DNA of 64,000 bases from Endomicrobiales bacterium (GTDB taxonomy: Bacteria; Elusimicrobiota; Endomicrobiia; Endomicrobiales; CAWCFT01): NCBI GenBank assembly GCA_963794945.1, contig CAWCFT010000001.1, forward strand, positions 96,001-160,000. The letters run 5' to 3'. Below the pieces are notes generated by a model. That model was given only the letters and a program-made list of their open reading frames with translations. It was not told the origin of the DNA and made no database searches. Made by a program: the position numbers and the translations under genes. Position 1 is the stretch's first letter, and every line of letters starts with the position of its first letter. Of this stretch, positions 53,660 to 63,201 are shown piece after piece.

Positions 53660-53895
53660 TGTCGTCTTTGCGAATCCCGCAAGGCGGGATGAAGCAATCT
53701 CGCTTTCCGACTTTACAGCAAGATTGCCGCCCGCCACTAAGTCTTCGGCGGGCAGGCGTCGCGGAGTTTATCCGCCTGGCGGGACTCCCCGCAATGACAC
53801 CTATTCATATAAACGCTGTCATTTCGATCCCGCCGAGGCGGGAGAGAAATCTTAAGATTCCTCGTCCCGCCTTGCGGGACTCGGAATGACAATTT
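53660..53895. repeat. Two adjacent REP/MITE-like palindromic elements (GTCTTTGCGA...GAAGCAATCT and GTCATTTCGA...GAGAAATC types)
   Basis: Same end motifs as the elements at 31485, 32501, 32690, ~38090 and 39657. Confidence 0.7.
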
Positions 53896-53930
53896 AATTA
53901 CTGCCTTAACACGGCACTGCCGGCCAGCTT

Positions 53931-54479
53931 TTATTGTTTTGATTCAAAAACTATGTTCAGTTCACCGAAAACCACGTTCGCTTCAATAACGAGCGCGTTT
54001 GCCTTGTTATTGAAACTTTCCGTGCGATAAGTATATTTTCCGAACGCTATTTCATTATTGTCGGGCATATGCGCACCAGCGAACACGGAATTCACATTTA
54101 TGATCACCGGCATTTTGGGGTCGATTTTAATTGTAGTTGAACCAAACACAGTGTCAACTTTCTTGCTGACACTCCCGTTCGCGAGCGATATACCGGTAAA
54201 ATCAATGATCCTCTTTCCGAAAACCACGTTGTTCTCATTCTCAGGGTTAATGGTTGCCGTGCTGCGCGGTTCACATACGTGATGCCTGCCGCAGAAAGAA
54301 CGGCCTATAAGTATCCTGCAGCCGAAATAAATCATCATCAGTGCGAAAAATATCCTGAATATTGGAATGTGTATGCCTAATAAAATATTCAGTATAACCG
54401 ACAGCCCCAACAAAATTAACAATACACCCCAGAACAGCCCGCTCATAAAAAAACATCCCATACGCATTCCCTCCTCCAT
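53931..54479 (-). CDS. LiaF-like membrane protein
   Basis: N-terminal TM segments, repeated VFG motifs and ANVVFGEL. Confidence 0.7.
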   Translation of the reverse strand: MEEGMRMGCFFMSGLFWGVLLILLGLSVILNILLGIHIPIFRIFFALMMIYFGCRILIGRSFCGRHHVCEPRSTATINPENENNVVFGKRIIDFTGISLANGSVSKKVDTVFGSTTIKIDPKMPVIINVNSVFAGAHMPDNNEIAFGKYTYRTESFNNKANALVIEANVVFGELNIVFESKQ

Positions 54480-54489
54480 TCAAGAGAGC

Positions 54490-54984
54490 TTATTTCGCGC
54501 TATTACCCGCCCGGCGGTTACGGAACCAGGGGAATATCTCGTTGACTTCACTCTTGTAGCTGAGGTATTCCCCGCCGAATTTTTGTTCAAGATAATCGTC
54601 CTCTTCCCTTATCAGCAGTTTAAAAAGCGCGTACATGAAAATTGGTATGAGCAGCCACAAAACGCGCCCCGAGATAACAACCAGCCCGGGTATGATAAAG
54701 AATATCCAAGCGGCGTAGAGTGGATTGCGTGAAAATGAATACATGCCGTCGGTAGCCAGTTTCCCTTCTCTGAACGCCTTGGACACCCGCTTCCCCGACA
54801 GCACCAGCATGACTATACCGGCAGCTGTGAGCAACGCTCCGGTGGCCGTCATTAAAGTACCGTTAAGCACCAGTGAATGTGCCCGCTGAAAAAAGCGCTC
54901 GCTTACCGCGCCAAACGCGGCGGCAAAAAGTATGGTCCTTAACACTAATTTTATTCCTATTCCAGCTAGAGTCATATTTTTCAC
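54490..54984 (-). CDS. Isoprenylcysteine carboxylmethyltransferase family membrane protein
   Basis: LATDGMYSFSRNPLY and EEDDYLEQKFGGEYLSYK. Confidence 0.88.
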   Translation of the reverse strand: MKNMTLAGIGIKLVLRTILFAAAFGAVSERFFQRAHSLVLNGTLMTATGALLTAAGIVMLVLSGKRVSKAFREGKLATDGMYSFSRNPLYAAWIFFIIPGLVVISGRVLWLLIPIFMYALFKLLIREEDDYLEQKFGGEYLSYKSEVNEIFPWFRNRRAGNSAK

Positions 54985-55008
54985 TCGTTGGCCCGCTCAG
55001 CCGCGGCC

Positions 55009-55212
55009 TCAAATACCGATATTGTTGTTTATTGACCTTACCGCCTGCTCGTGTTCGGTTGTATTTTTTCGTGTGTTTTTGGCTATCTCTTCAAGAAGAA
55101 GCAGGGCTTTGTTTATCTTCCAGTACCAGCATATAACTTCCCGGCAAACCAAAAAGAAAATTATCAAAAACAACAAAACGACTATGGCCGGCCCGAATAT
55201 TGAAGTGATCAT
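55009..55212 (-). CDS. Small membrane protein
   Basis: GGAGG RBS, a TM segment and REVICWYWKIN. Confidence 0.7.
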   Translation of the reverse strand: MITSIFGPAIVVLLFLIIFFLVCREVICWYWKINKALLLLEEIAKNTRKNTTEHEQAVRSINNNIGI

Positions 55213-55314
55213 TAATGCCTCCGTTTAGAGCGCCAGCTACGCATTTTGAGGCCGCAATTTTGCGACCTCAAACTTAAAAACTCGGTTTCTATCAATTATC
55301 TCGCACCCCGCAAA

Positions 55315-55474
55315 TAAAAAACCACGCTGCGTGTGCAGAGTGGTACTGTTAGTGCTAATGCGCGTTCAAAATGATCGGAATACAACAGGATCTTTCCACG
55401 TCCCCAATTCTCCCGCCATCCGTTTTTAAATTAACAACTATTTTAAATATATCTCCCTGGAACTTAAACGTTAA
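55315..55474 (-). promoter_or_regulatory. Leader element A: promoter, 14-aa peptide MERSCCIPIILNAH (55399-55355) and terminator
   Basis: TTAACG-N17-TATATT, GGGAG RBS, GTG start and ACCAC..GTGGT-U6 hairpin. Paralog at 62416-62572. Confidence 0.7.
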
Positions 55475-55511
55475 TATCGCGGGCTTTTCCAATATTCTCT
55501 TTGTCATGAGG

Positions 55512-55706
55512 CTACCGGGGGTATTTGCGGGGTTTTGACCTTCTGTCGTTTGGCCCGTCAGGGTACCTTACGGAATCAAAACTCCCAACCACCGTTCCAT
55601 GTGTCCCTTCAACATGCAAAGAGATGTGTTTCGGCGGAGTAATAGTTTTAAACTTGGACACATCGTCCAACAACGCAAGGTAAGTTACATGCACCAATTT
55701 AAGCAT
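55512..55706 (-). CDS. Hypothetical 64-aa protein
   Basis: GAGGG RBS and an upstream promoter TTGACT-N17-TATATT at 55829-55801. Confidence 0.4.
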   Translation of the reverse strand: MLKLVHVTYLALLDDVSKFKTITPPKHISLHVEGTHGTVVGSFDSVRYPDGPNDRRSKPRKYPR

Positions 55707-55856
55707 TGCGTACCCTCAGCAAAGAACAACCTTCAAACCAACAGCCATCAATATTAGTTCAATTCCCAGTCCAGTTTTGAAGTTTAGCTTTATGGCTTAA
55801 AATATAACTCTTTTGAACTGATTAGTCAAATTATTCAACAATTTCAACAACATTTC

Positions 55857-56073
55857 TTATAAGCGGCAACTTATAAGCGGTAAGTGGTAAGTGATAGGTG
55901 GTAAGTAAAAACCTTACCTTTGTCTTACTTATTGACTTTTCTTATAACTTGTGTGTACGCCTCTTTAGCTATAAGCGGCAAGCTTTAAGTTGTAAGTGGT
56001 AAGTAAAAACCTATTTAGTGTCTTAGTTTTAAGACTTTTCTAATAACTTACAACTTGTGGCTTATAACTTGTT
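55857..56073. repeat. Two tandem copies of a TAAG-heptamer-repeat palindromic element
   Basis: ATAAGCGGCAA...GTAAGTGGTAAGTAAAAACCT...GACTTTTCT...ATAACTTGT occurs twice. Confidence 0.7.
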
Positions 56074-56170
56074 CATCATTCGCCGATTATTTCCCCCTGC
56101 GCATGCTCCTTCACAAAGGCTTTGGAGAATGAGCCTGCTTCGGTGGATTTCGCAGTAATGAGGGCTCAAT

Positions 56171-56590
56171 TTATTCACCGATTAATTTAATCAACACACG
56201 TTTCGGCCTTTTGCCGTCGAATTCACCGTAGAATATTTGTTCCCAGGGGCCGAAGTCCAGGCTGCCGCCCGTTACCGCCACCACCACCTCGCGGCCCATT
56301 ACCTGGCGTTTGAGGTGCGCGTCGCCGTTGTCTTCACCGCTTCTGTTGTGGCGGTAATGGCTGACCGGTTCGTGCGGGGCAAGCTGTTCCAGCCAATCCT
56401 TGTAATCCTGGTGGAGGCCGGTCTCGTTATCATTGATGAACACGCTCGCCGTTATGTGCATCGCGTTTACAAGGCAGAGTCCCTCTTTAATTTTGCTTTC
56501 TTTGAGGGCTACCTCCACATCATTTGTAATATTGACAAAACCCACCCTGTTGGGAATATTAAATGTCAGTTCTTTTTTGTAAGATCTCAT
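56171..56590 (-). CDS. yjbQ: YjbQ (UPF0047) family protein
   Basis: [21 protein letters not shown] and [16 protein letters not shown]. Confidence 0.92.
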   Translation of the reverse strand: MRSYKKELTFNIPNRVGFVNITNDVEVALKESKIKEGLCLVNAMHITASVFINDNETGLHQDYKDWLEQLAPHEPVSHYRHNRSGEDNGDAHLKRQVMGREVVVAVTGGSLDFGPWEQIFYGEFDGKRPKRVLIKLIGE

Positions 56591-56642
56591 TGGCTTCTCC
56601 TGGCCGGCGTTTTTCTCATCGGGTTTTAACAAACTTTATTTT

Positions 56643-57110
56643 CTAGATCTCTTTTTCTACAACGCGAAGCATGCTTTCGTCGGCTTTGGCGTCGGCAAGC
56701 GGGAAAAGATATTTATCTTCGTATTCCGCGTGTTTTATCAGAGTGTATATAGTCTCGTTGACCAGCGACATGAATTGTTCTCTCAGCTTGTTATCGCCTT
56801 TGGATATCTCGCCCGCCATCGCCTTTATCTTTTCGAAGCTCGCGGTAAGGACTTTATGCTCTTCCAATATGCTGTCGAGGCAGGCGCGCTCGTCTTTTGT
56901 AAGGGCCCTGCTTTTCAACAACTCATTTATGACAGTCTCTTCATAAGCGAAATGGAGCGGTATGTGTTTATAGAAGAAATCCAGCGTGTCGGCTGTATCT
57001 TCGCAAAAATTGGCCCTGTCATACTTGAGTATAAAATCCTGCATGAACACCGTTTTTTCCACCCCTTCGGTGTGGGTGTCGTAAATAAGGTCCAGTATCT
57101 TATTATTCAT
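56643..57110 (-). CDS. Hemerythrin-like (HHE) protein, copy 1
   Basis: HFAYEE, EH and HAEYEDKYLFP. Confidence 0.8.
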   Translation of the reverse strand: MNNKILDLIYDTHTEGVEKTVFMQDFILKYDRANFCEDTADTLDFFYKHIPLHFAYEETVINELLKSRALTKDERACLDSILEEHKVLTASFEKIKAMAGEISKGDNKLREQFMSLVNETIYTLIKHAEYEDKYLFPLADAKADESMLRVVEKEI

Positions 57111-57144
57111 GTTTCCTCCAAGACAGCCTGGCCCGATCATTAAT

Positions 57145-57588
57145 CTATTTCCCCAAATAATACTTTATCTTTATAGTTATTGTTTTTGTCCCGGTGTTAA
57201 CATCAAAGCTGGAAGCCTTATAAGACGGCGGGCCTATGATAGTTGAAGCGTTGTTCGACGTGCCAACGCCTTTTTTTGGTATGCCCAGCCAGTTAGTTTC
57301 CATTTTCCCGGTCCAATTGTCGTCGTGCAGGACGCTTACCGCGTATGAGCCCGGGGGCAGGCCTGTAAATTCAGCCTTGCTGGCGCCGTTGGTTATGGAG
57401 CTGGTAATTATCTGGTAAGTTTTTTTGTAGTCCTTGGGGAAACCGTCTTTGCCGCGGAACAGCAGAACCTGGGCGACACCGTCATCGTTCCGGAACCCGG
57501 CCATTTTAACGGTAAGCGCGCCCGGGCTGTCCGCGGCTGCCGCACGCGCGGCCCAAAGAATAAGGAAAAGACAAAATAATTTTTTCAT
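57145..57588 (-). CDS. DUF2141 secreted protein
   Basis: GSYAVSVLHDDN and GIPKKGVGTSNN. Confidence 0.85.
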   Translation of the reverse strand: MKKLFCLFLILWAARAAAADSPGALTVKMAGFRNDDGVAQVLLFRGKDGFPKDYKKTYQIITSSITNGASKAEFTGLPPGSYAVSVLHDDNWTGKMETNWLGIPKKGVGTSNNASTIIGPPSYKASSFDVNTGTKTITIKIKYYLGK

Positions 57589-57598
57589 GGTATTTAGC

Positions 57599-57736
57599 TC
57601 ATTTTGCCGTCTTGACAACGGCCTCCTCTTCAGGATGCCCGCGCGTCGCTCTTTTAATTTCCGAAAACAGGCTTAAGAGATACATGGTCGCCGCGGCGGA
57701 GATCAAAAATATTAATATCGTTGTCCGCTTTTTCAT
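57599..57736 (-). CDS. 45-aa small membrane-anchored protein
   Basis: Read by hand (MKKRTTILIFLISAAATMYLLSLF...). It fills the gap in the operon. Confidence 0.45.
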   Translation of the reverse strand: MKKRTTILIFLISAAATMYLLSLFSEIKRATRGHPEEEAVVKTAK

Positions 57737-57741
57737 AACGC

Positions 57742-58558
57742 TTATTCCCCGTGAACTACCACGTCCTGTATCCTTAAGCCGTACTTTGCCTCAAGCTCCC
57801 GTGCCTGCTTCCTGATCTTGTCATGCCAGCTACGCTGGTTGGCCCGGGCCCATTCGAACTCGGCAAGTCTGTCCGGAAAATGCGTTCTGTAAACCGGCAG
57901 CATCTTGTCTATAGCAGAACCCCGCATGTTGAAGAGCTCCACCCAGAACAAAACCGGCGCCGGCCTCTTTTAGCGAGGAGAAAACATCGTCTAAATTACC
58001 CAGGCCCGGCAGGACGGGCGAAATGAAGCCGAAGGTCCTTATCCCTTTTTCACGGGCTTGTTTTAACGTCCCGAGGCGCTCGTCGGGAGAAGACGCGCGG
58101 GGCTCGAGTATCCGGGCGGTTTCCGCGTCTAGCTGGCTGATGCTCATCCCGAGCTCGATATCCAGCTCTTTCAGGAGGTCAAAATCCCTTTCGACGAGCG
58201 ACGACTTGGTAAGTATATCTATAGCGAACTTATCCCGGAACCCGGAAGCCGCAAAAACTTCCAATATCTTTCTCGTCAGGCGGAACTTGGCTTCCTCCGG
58301 CATGTAACAATCGCAAACGCTGGAGATGAATATTGACCCGGGCTTATGCTTTTCTATCTCGCCGCGCAAAAGCTCGGGGCAATTCGCCTTGGCGAAAACG
58401 AATTCGCCCCACTTGTCGGGTATATTCTGGAACTTCTTGATAAAGTCAGCGTAGCAGTACTTGCACGCGTGCGAGCACCCGGTGTACGGATTAATAACGT
58501 AATCCGAAAGCTTCGACCTGGTCATGCAGGTTTTTGACTGTATTTCCCTTATATTCAT
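57742..58558 (-). CDS. Radical SAM protein, spore-photoproduct-lyase-like (frameshift near 57950)
   Basis: INPYTGCSHACKYCYA, ILTKS, LEPRAS and ISPVLPG. Confidence 0.88.
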
Positions 58559-58576
58559 TGTATAAAAGTTTGAACA

Positions 58577-59059
58577 CTAATACACAATCCTGGATATGGC
58601 TTTTTTTACGGCGCCCAATACTTTATCGTCGGCTTTCGCGTCGGCCAGCGGGTACAGATATTTGTCCTCGAAATCTGCGTGCGCTATCAAAGCGTGGATC
58701 GCCTCGTTGACCAGTGCCATGAATTCTTCCCTCTGGCCTTTTCCGGCCTTGGCGGATTTTTCCGCCGTTTCTTTGATGTTCTCAAAATCCGCTAACAGCA
58801 TTTTATGCTCACTAAGTATCTTGTTCAGGCACAAGGCTTCATCTTTGGTAAGGGCCTTGCTTTTCAACAACTCATTTATCACCGTCTCTTCGTAAGCGAA
58901 ATGTAGCGGTATATGTTTGTAGAAGAAATCCAGCATGCTGAATATATCTTCGTTGAAACCGCCCTTTTCCTTCTTTAGGATAAAATCCTTTAAGAATACC
59001 GTCTTTTCCTTACCTTCGGTATGCTTGTGATAAATAATGTCCAGCACTTTTTCTTTCAC
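58577..59059 (-). CDS. Hemerythrin-like (HHE) protein, copy 2
   Basis: Close paralog of 56643-57110. Confidence 0.8.
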   Translation of the reverse strand: MKEKVLDIIYHKHTEGKEKTVFLKDFILKKEKGGFNEDIFSMLDFFYKHIPLHFAYEETVINELLKSKALTKDEALCLNKILSEHKMLLADFENIKETAEKSAKAGKGQREEFMALVNEAIHALIAHADFEDKYLYPLADAKADDKVLGAVKKAISRIVY

Positions 59060-59108
59060 AGGCGCCTCCGTTGCGCGCGCAACCGCCGCGGCTTGTATCG
59101 CAATGTTT

Positions 59109-60188
59109 TTACTTGACTGTTTCTACCGACCAGTTTTCCTTATAACTCTGGCCCGAGTCGCTGCCTCCGTTCACGGTTATCCAGTAAAGCCAGCCCTGGC
59201 TTCCCCAGAATTCCGACTGGCCCCAATAGATCGTGTCAACCACGATATCCGTGTCCGTATGGAAAGTGATAAAATCGCCGTAGTCACGGCCGAAGAATTT
59301 ATCCCCGTTCTTAAACCCGCTGGTGAGGTCGACGGGGACCCAGCCGATACCTTTTGCCCAGAACTCCGCTTTTACATGGGTCTGCGGGCCTGACACGGCC
59401 CACCTGCCAACCAGCGCCCGCGCCGGGATCCCGTTGGCTCGCAGTACGGCGGTAAAAAGCAGGGCAAACCCGCCGCAATCTCCCGTTAAAGTCCTGCAAA
59501 TTATCGAAGGCTGGCTGTGCGAGTGCACAAAGCTTTCGGTGGAATATGTCCCTTTTTCGGTGATGTACCTGTAAACATTGTAAGCGAAAACAATATCCTT
59601 ATCCGAACCGTTCTTTACCATCCCGGGAGTTTCTTTGAGCCATGACTTAAACTCATCGCTGTCCCAATCAACTGTTTTAGACGCCCGAAGATAGAGGTTC
59701 CTTGAAGCCTCGTCCAGTTCTTCCACTGGCTGGTCATATTTGCCGGGGACAAGTTCCCTCGCGTAGAGGTCGAGCTGGTATTCAACCGCGAAATCGATAT
59801 TGTGGCAGGTCTGGGGGTCGGTCTTCACGCGTTCCAGGAACATCTCCCTTTTTGCGGGGCTCAACTCGTTGACTATAGACGCGCCGTCCGCGCTACCGCC
59901 GAGGAACGCCTGATAGTTAACAAGTGACTGTGTTTCGTGCGAGGGCGGTTTGGGCGTCAGCAATATCCATTCAGTTACGTTCATTGACGGCTTGCTTATG
60001 TTTACCGACAATCTTGCCTTTACCCTTTTGACTTTACGGGTCTTGATGATGTAATCCAGCGAGGGGTCGAATTTCCAGGGCGCTGGTTCTGAAGCGCGAG
60101 CACGTTTATTTACAATGTAATGGTTTAGAATAGATACCGCGCAGACGGCAGTTAATATAAATACTAAAACCGTTATCAGTTTCTTCAT
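59109..60188 (-). CDS. Transglutaminase-like domain protein
   Basis: GDCGG..LRANGIPAR, HVKAEF and GWVPVD (Cys-His-Asp). Confidence 0.88.
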   Translation of the reverse strand: MKKLITVLVFILTAVCAVSILNHYIVNKRARASEPAPWKFDPSLDYIIKTRKVKRVKARLSVNISKPSMNVTEWILLTPKPPSHETQSLVNYQAFLGGSADGASIVNELSPAKREMFLERVKTDPQTCHNIDFAVEYQLDLYARELVPGKYDQPVEELDEASRNLYLRASKTVDWDSDEFKSWLKETPGMVKNGSDKDIVFAYNVYRYITEKGTYSTESFVHSHSQPSIICRTLTGDCGGFALLFTAVLRANGIPARALVGRWAVSGPQTHVKAEFWAKGIGWVPVDLTSGFKNGDKFFGRDYGDFITFHTDTDIVVDTIYWGQSEFWGSQGWLYWITVNGGSDSGQSYKENWSVETVK

Positions 60189-60206
60189 GGGTTAAGTAAC
60201 TCTTTC

Positions 60207-61025
60207 TTATTTCCAGCTTACATCCATCTTGTTGCGTTTTGGTATCTGGTGGTATTTGTATTTTGGGAAGCCGACCATCATTGCTCCGGTGCAGGCGTCC
60301 TCTTCCGGTATGCCGAGCTCTTTTTTTACTTCCGGCGAATAGGTGGCTGCTATCCTTACGAAACCCGCCCAGCAGGTGCCGAGGCCAAAGGCCGGAGCGG
60401 CGAGGTCGAACGTGGCGAGTGTGATAGCCGAATCGCCCGCTGCCATCTGGTTATCTTTATTTGCGTGGGTTATTACAATATGCGGAGCGTTGCGGCAGAG
60501 AGCGTCGCAACCGTTGTCGTAATCTTTTATCAGCCACGAAAAATCCAGGGCGGCTGCTATGGGAAGGTTTTTTTCAACAGCGGAGCGCATCCAATCGATA
60601 ATCGTCTTTGTAAGCGCTTTTACTTTAGCCGTGTCATGCACCACTATCCAGCGCACAGGCTGGGCGTTCATGGCCGTAGGCGCGTAGCGGGCGGCGTCCA
60701 GCACTTCTTCTAAAGTTTTTTTGGGGACCGGTTTTTGAAGGTAGGCCCGCACTGAGCGCCTGAAGCGGATATAGCTGCCTATCTGCTCGGCAGGTACGGC
60801 GTGTATCTTGCCGGATGACATGGCCTTCTCGAGCAGCGGCGACGTTACGTTTGCCGCGCCATTGGGGCAGACGGCTTCGCAGTGCCCGCAGAACAGGCAG
60901 TTTACGGCGTCGTCCGGCAAAACCACAGGATAACCGCCCTTATCGATAGTTATGATCTCCGCCGGGCAAAGCTCCGTGCATGCCCCGCACCGGCTGCATT
61001 TTGTGTTGTCGAATACCGTCGTCAT
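60207..61025 (-). CDS. Nitroreductase with N-terminal 2x[4Fe-4S] ferredoxin domain
   Basis: CSRCGACTELCP, CLFCGHCEAVCP, RRSVRAY and APTAMN. Confidence 0.92.
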   Translation of the reverse strand: MTTVFDNTKCSRCGACTELCPAEIITIDKGGYPVVLPDDAVNCLFCGHCEAVCPNGAANVTSPLLEKAMSSGKIHAVPAEQIGSYIRFRRSVRAYLQKPVPKKTLEEVLDAARYAPTAMNAQPVRWIVVHDTAKVKALTKTIIDWMRSAVEKNLPIAAALDFSWLIKDYDNGCDALCRNAPHIVITHANKDNQMAAGDSAITLATFDLAAPAFGLGTCWAGFVRIAATYSPEVKKELGIPEEDACTGAMMVGFPKYKYHQIPKRNKMDVSWK

Positions 61026-61048
61026 GTTCTCTCCATATTTAAAAGCAT

Positions 61049-61879
61049 TTATTTAACCTTTATAAAACCCTGCTGGTCGACAATTTTCTGGCCGTTATCT
61101 CCGAGCACGAAGCCGAGGAAATCTTTGACAATACCCGACGGAGCGCCGTTTAGATACAAAAGCAGCGGGCGAGCGTACGGGTACTTGCCGGACAACACGA
61201 CCTCTTTGGAAGGGGCAATACCGTCTATCTTCATTGTTTTTACGGCTTCCGTTATGTTGCCTATGCCCACGTAGCCTATCGCTCCGGGTGTTTTAGAGAC
61301 CATGTCCGCAACCGACTGGTTGGAATCCTTTATAACAGCGCTCTGAACCACATTGTTCTTAAACAAAGCCAGCTCGCTGAACGACTCGTGCGTGCCTGAC
61401 TTCTCGTCACGCGACACAACCGATATTTTTTCGTTCGCCCCGCCAACCTGCGACCAGTTGGAAGTTTTGCCTGTGAATATCTCGAAAACCTGGATTTTAT
61501 TAAGCGATTCTACCGGGTTTTTCGCGTTCACTATCACCACTATCCCGTCCATGGCAATGACGTGCGCCTTGATGTCGATCTTCTTAGACAGGGCATCGCT
61601 CAGTTCGGCCTCTTTTAGTGGCCTGGAAGACGCGCCGATGTCGCACGTGCACGCTATCAGCGAATTTATACCGGCGCCGGAACCGCCGCCGATCACCTTG
61701 ATGTCCGCGCCGGGGTTCCCTTTTTTAAATTCCGCCGCGCAGGACTGCATTATAGGCAGTATTGTAGTTGAACCTTCGACGACCAGCGAATTTTGTTTGC
61801 CCGCGACCCCTGAAACGATACCGCTTAAAACCAGCACTACAAACAGAACCGACACGAACACGGCAGCAGCTTTTTTCAT
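61049..61879 (-). CDS. pstS: Phosphate ABC transporter substrate-binding protein (PstS family)
   Basis: EGSTT, GGGSGAG, SSRPLK, SGT and YPYARPL. Confidence 0.85.
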   Translation of the reverse strand: MKKAAAVFVSVLFVVLVLSGIVSGVAGKQNSLVVEGSTTILPIMQSCAAEFKKGNPGADIKVIGGGSGAGINSLIACTCDIGASSRPLKEAELSDALSKKIDIKAHVIAMDGIVVIVNAKNPVESLNKIQVFEIFTGKTSNWSQVGGANEKISVVSRDEKSGTHESFSELALFKNNVVQSAVIKDSNQSVADMVSKTPGAIGYVGIGNITEAVKTMKIDGIAPSKEVVLSGKYPYARPLLLYLNGAPSGIVKDFLGFVLGDNGQKIVDQQGFIKVK

Positions 61880-61913
61880 ACCCGGCCTCCCTTATTTATG
61901 ATGCAACTGTTAC

Positions 61914-62354
61914 TTAATGTTCAGGTGAATTTGAGAAAATTGACAGCGCTATCCCGGCCGTCAGCGCCAGCGCGCCGTATAGCGAACCCTTCCACGGAGC
62001 GCCGGCTTTAGTGCTTTTGTACAGCATATAATTATTGATTGCCAGCCCCGAGCAGTATATCAGCGCTATCGAAGGGACCGCGTACCTGTAAAACACGTTT
62101 TGAACATAATAATTTACTACGGTGCAAACGATGAGCAGAATCGAGACCACAAGGAAGCCCAGCCCGCCAAGCCTGAGCAGTGAGAGTATTACAGGCTTGA
62201 GCGAAGGGTCTATCTCGTTCCAGTGTTTGCCCGCCGCCTGCTCGTGAAAAGGAAGGTACTTGTCGGCGAGCAGGCTTTTAACCGCCATCACCATGCTTAC
62301 TGTTCCGGTTAAAATATACAGCGCGGCAGGAATAATTTTTAGAATTTCACGCAT
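61914..62354 (-). CDS. Hypothetical 4-TM membrane protein
   Basis: Four hydrophobic segments. Confidence 0.7.
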   Translation of the reverse strand: MREILKIIPAALYILTGTVSMVMAVKSLLADKYLPFHEQAAGKHWNEIDPSLKPVILSLLRLGGLGFLVVSILLIVCTVVNYYVQNVFYRYAVPSIALIYCSGLAINNYMLYKSTKAGAPWKGSLYGALALTAGIALSIFSNSPEH

Positions 62355-62415
62355 TTTTTTTCCTGGGACTGGCTCCCCCCGACCCACCTGCGGGCCATTT
62401 TACCTCTCAGAAATC

Positions 62416-62572
62416 AAAAACCACGCTGCTAAACAGTGTGGTTTCGTACGGCGTTTATGTTCGTATTAAAATGGTCGGACTGCAACAGGATGCTTGCACG
62501 CCAAGGTTCTCCCTATACCCGTTTGAAGTGAACAACTAAATCAAATATATCTCTTTGGAACTTGCATGTCAA
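62416..62572 (-). promoter_or_regulatory. Leader element B: promoter, 14-aa peptide MQASCCSPTILIRT (62499-62455) and terminator
   Basis: TTGACA-N17-TATATT, GGGAG RBS, GTG start and AAACCAC..GTGGTTTTT hairpin. Confidence 0.7.
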
Positions 62573-62582
62573 CACTGGAGGT

Positions 62583-63173
62583 TTACAGCACGCGGCAGAC
62601 CAGCTCACCTTTGCCTATGGGGATCACGACAGCGTCCACGCGCGCGTCCGCCAGGACCTTATCTATGAACAGTTTTAGTTCTTCACCGTGGCTTATCACG
62701 TTGTCGGCCACAAGCATGCCCCCCTTCACCATTTTCGGAATGACGATATCATAGATGTCGCTGTAAACCTCTTTCTCGGCATCCAGGAAGCAGAATGATA
62801 TTTTATCGAGGCCGGCAAGGTTTATCTTAGCGTCGCCTTCGGTAAGCTCTACGGCGTCTTCGACGCGGGCGAGCCTGAATGTTTCCCTGGCGAGGCTGGC
62901 CTTTTCGGGCAGTATCTCAAACGTGTGTATCTTCCTTTTTAACTGCCTGCAGGCAAGCGACAGCCACAAGGTTGAATAACCTGCGCTGGTGCCCACTTCG
63001 ACGGCTTTGCCTTCCGGCGAGGAGGCGAGCAGTATCGCAAGGAATTTGCCGGTTTCGGCCGGTACCTGCCTGAGCCGCTTTAGCTTCGGAGTGCCGTCCT
63101 TGCGGTCCCTGGCGTCTATAGCCGAAAGGTACTCCATGCGCTCGCGTATCTCCACAGATATGGACTTGAACAT
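62583..63173 (-). CDS. SAM-dependent O-methyltransferase
   Basis: [20 protein letters not shown] and LVADNV. Confidence 0.9.
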   Translation of the reverse strand: MFKSISVEIRERMEYLSAIDARDRKDGTPKLKRLRQVPAETGKFLAILLASSPEGKAVEVGTSAGYSTLWLSLACRQLKRKIHTFEILPEKASLARETFRLARVEDAVELTEGDAKINLAGLDKISFCFLDAEKEVYSDIYDIVIPKMVKGGMLVADNVISHGEELKLFIDKVLADARVDAVVIPIGKGELVCRVL

Positions 63174-63201
63174 TGGAACCTCTTTTTTGTGCGCTAACAG
63201 G

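Noticed and set aside
1..58558. About 17 frameshifted or stop-interrupted genes read as pseudogenisation or programmed frameshifting
   Set aside because: Single-base breaks hit unrelated, otherwise well-conserved genes, with no shared slippery motif. The two IS copies differ by such indels. Sequencing error is more likely, and read polishing would decide.
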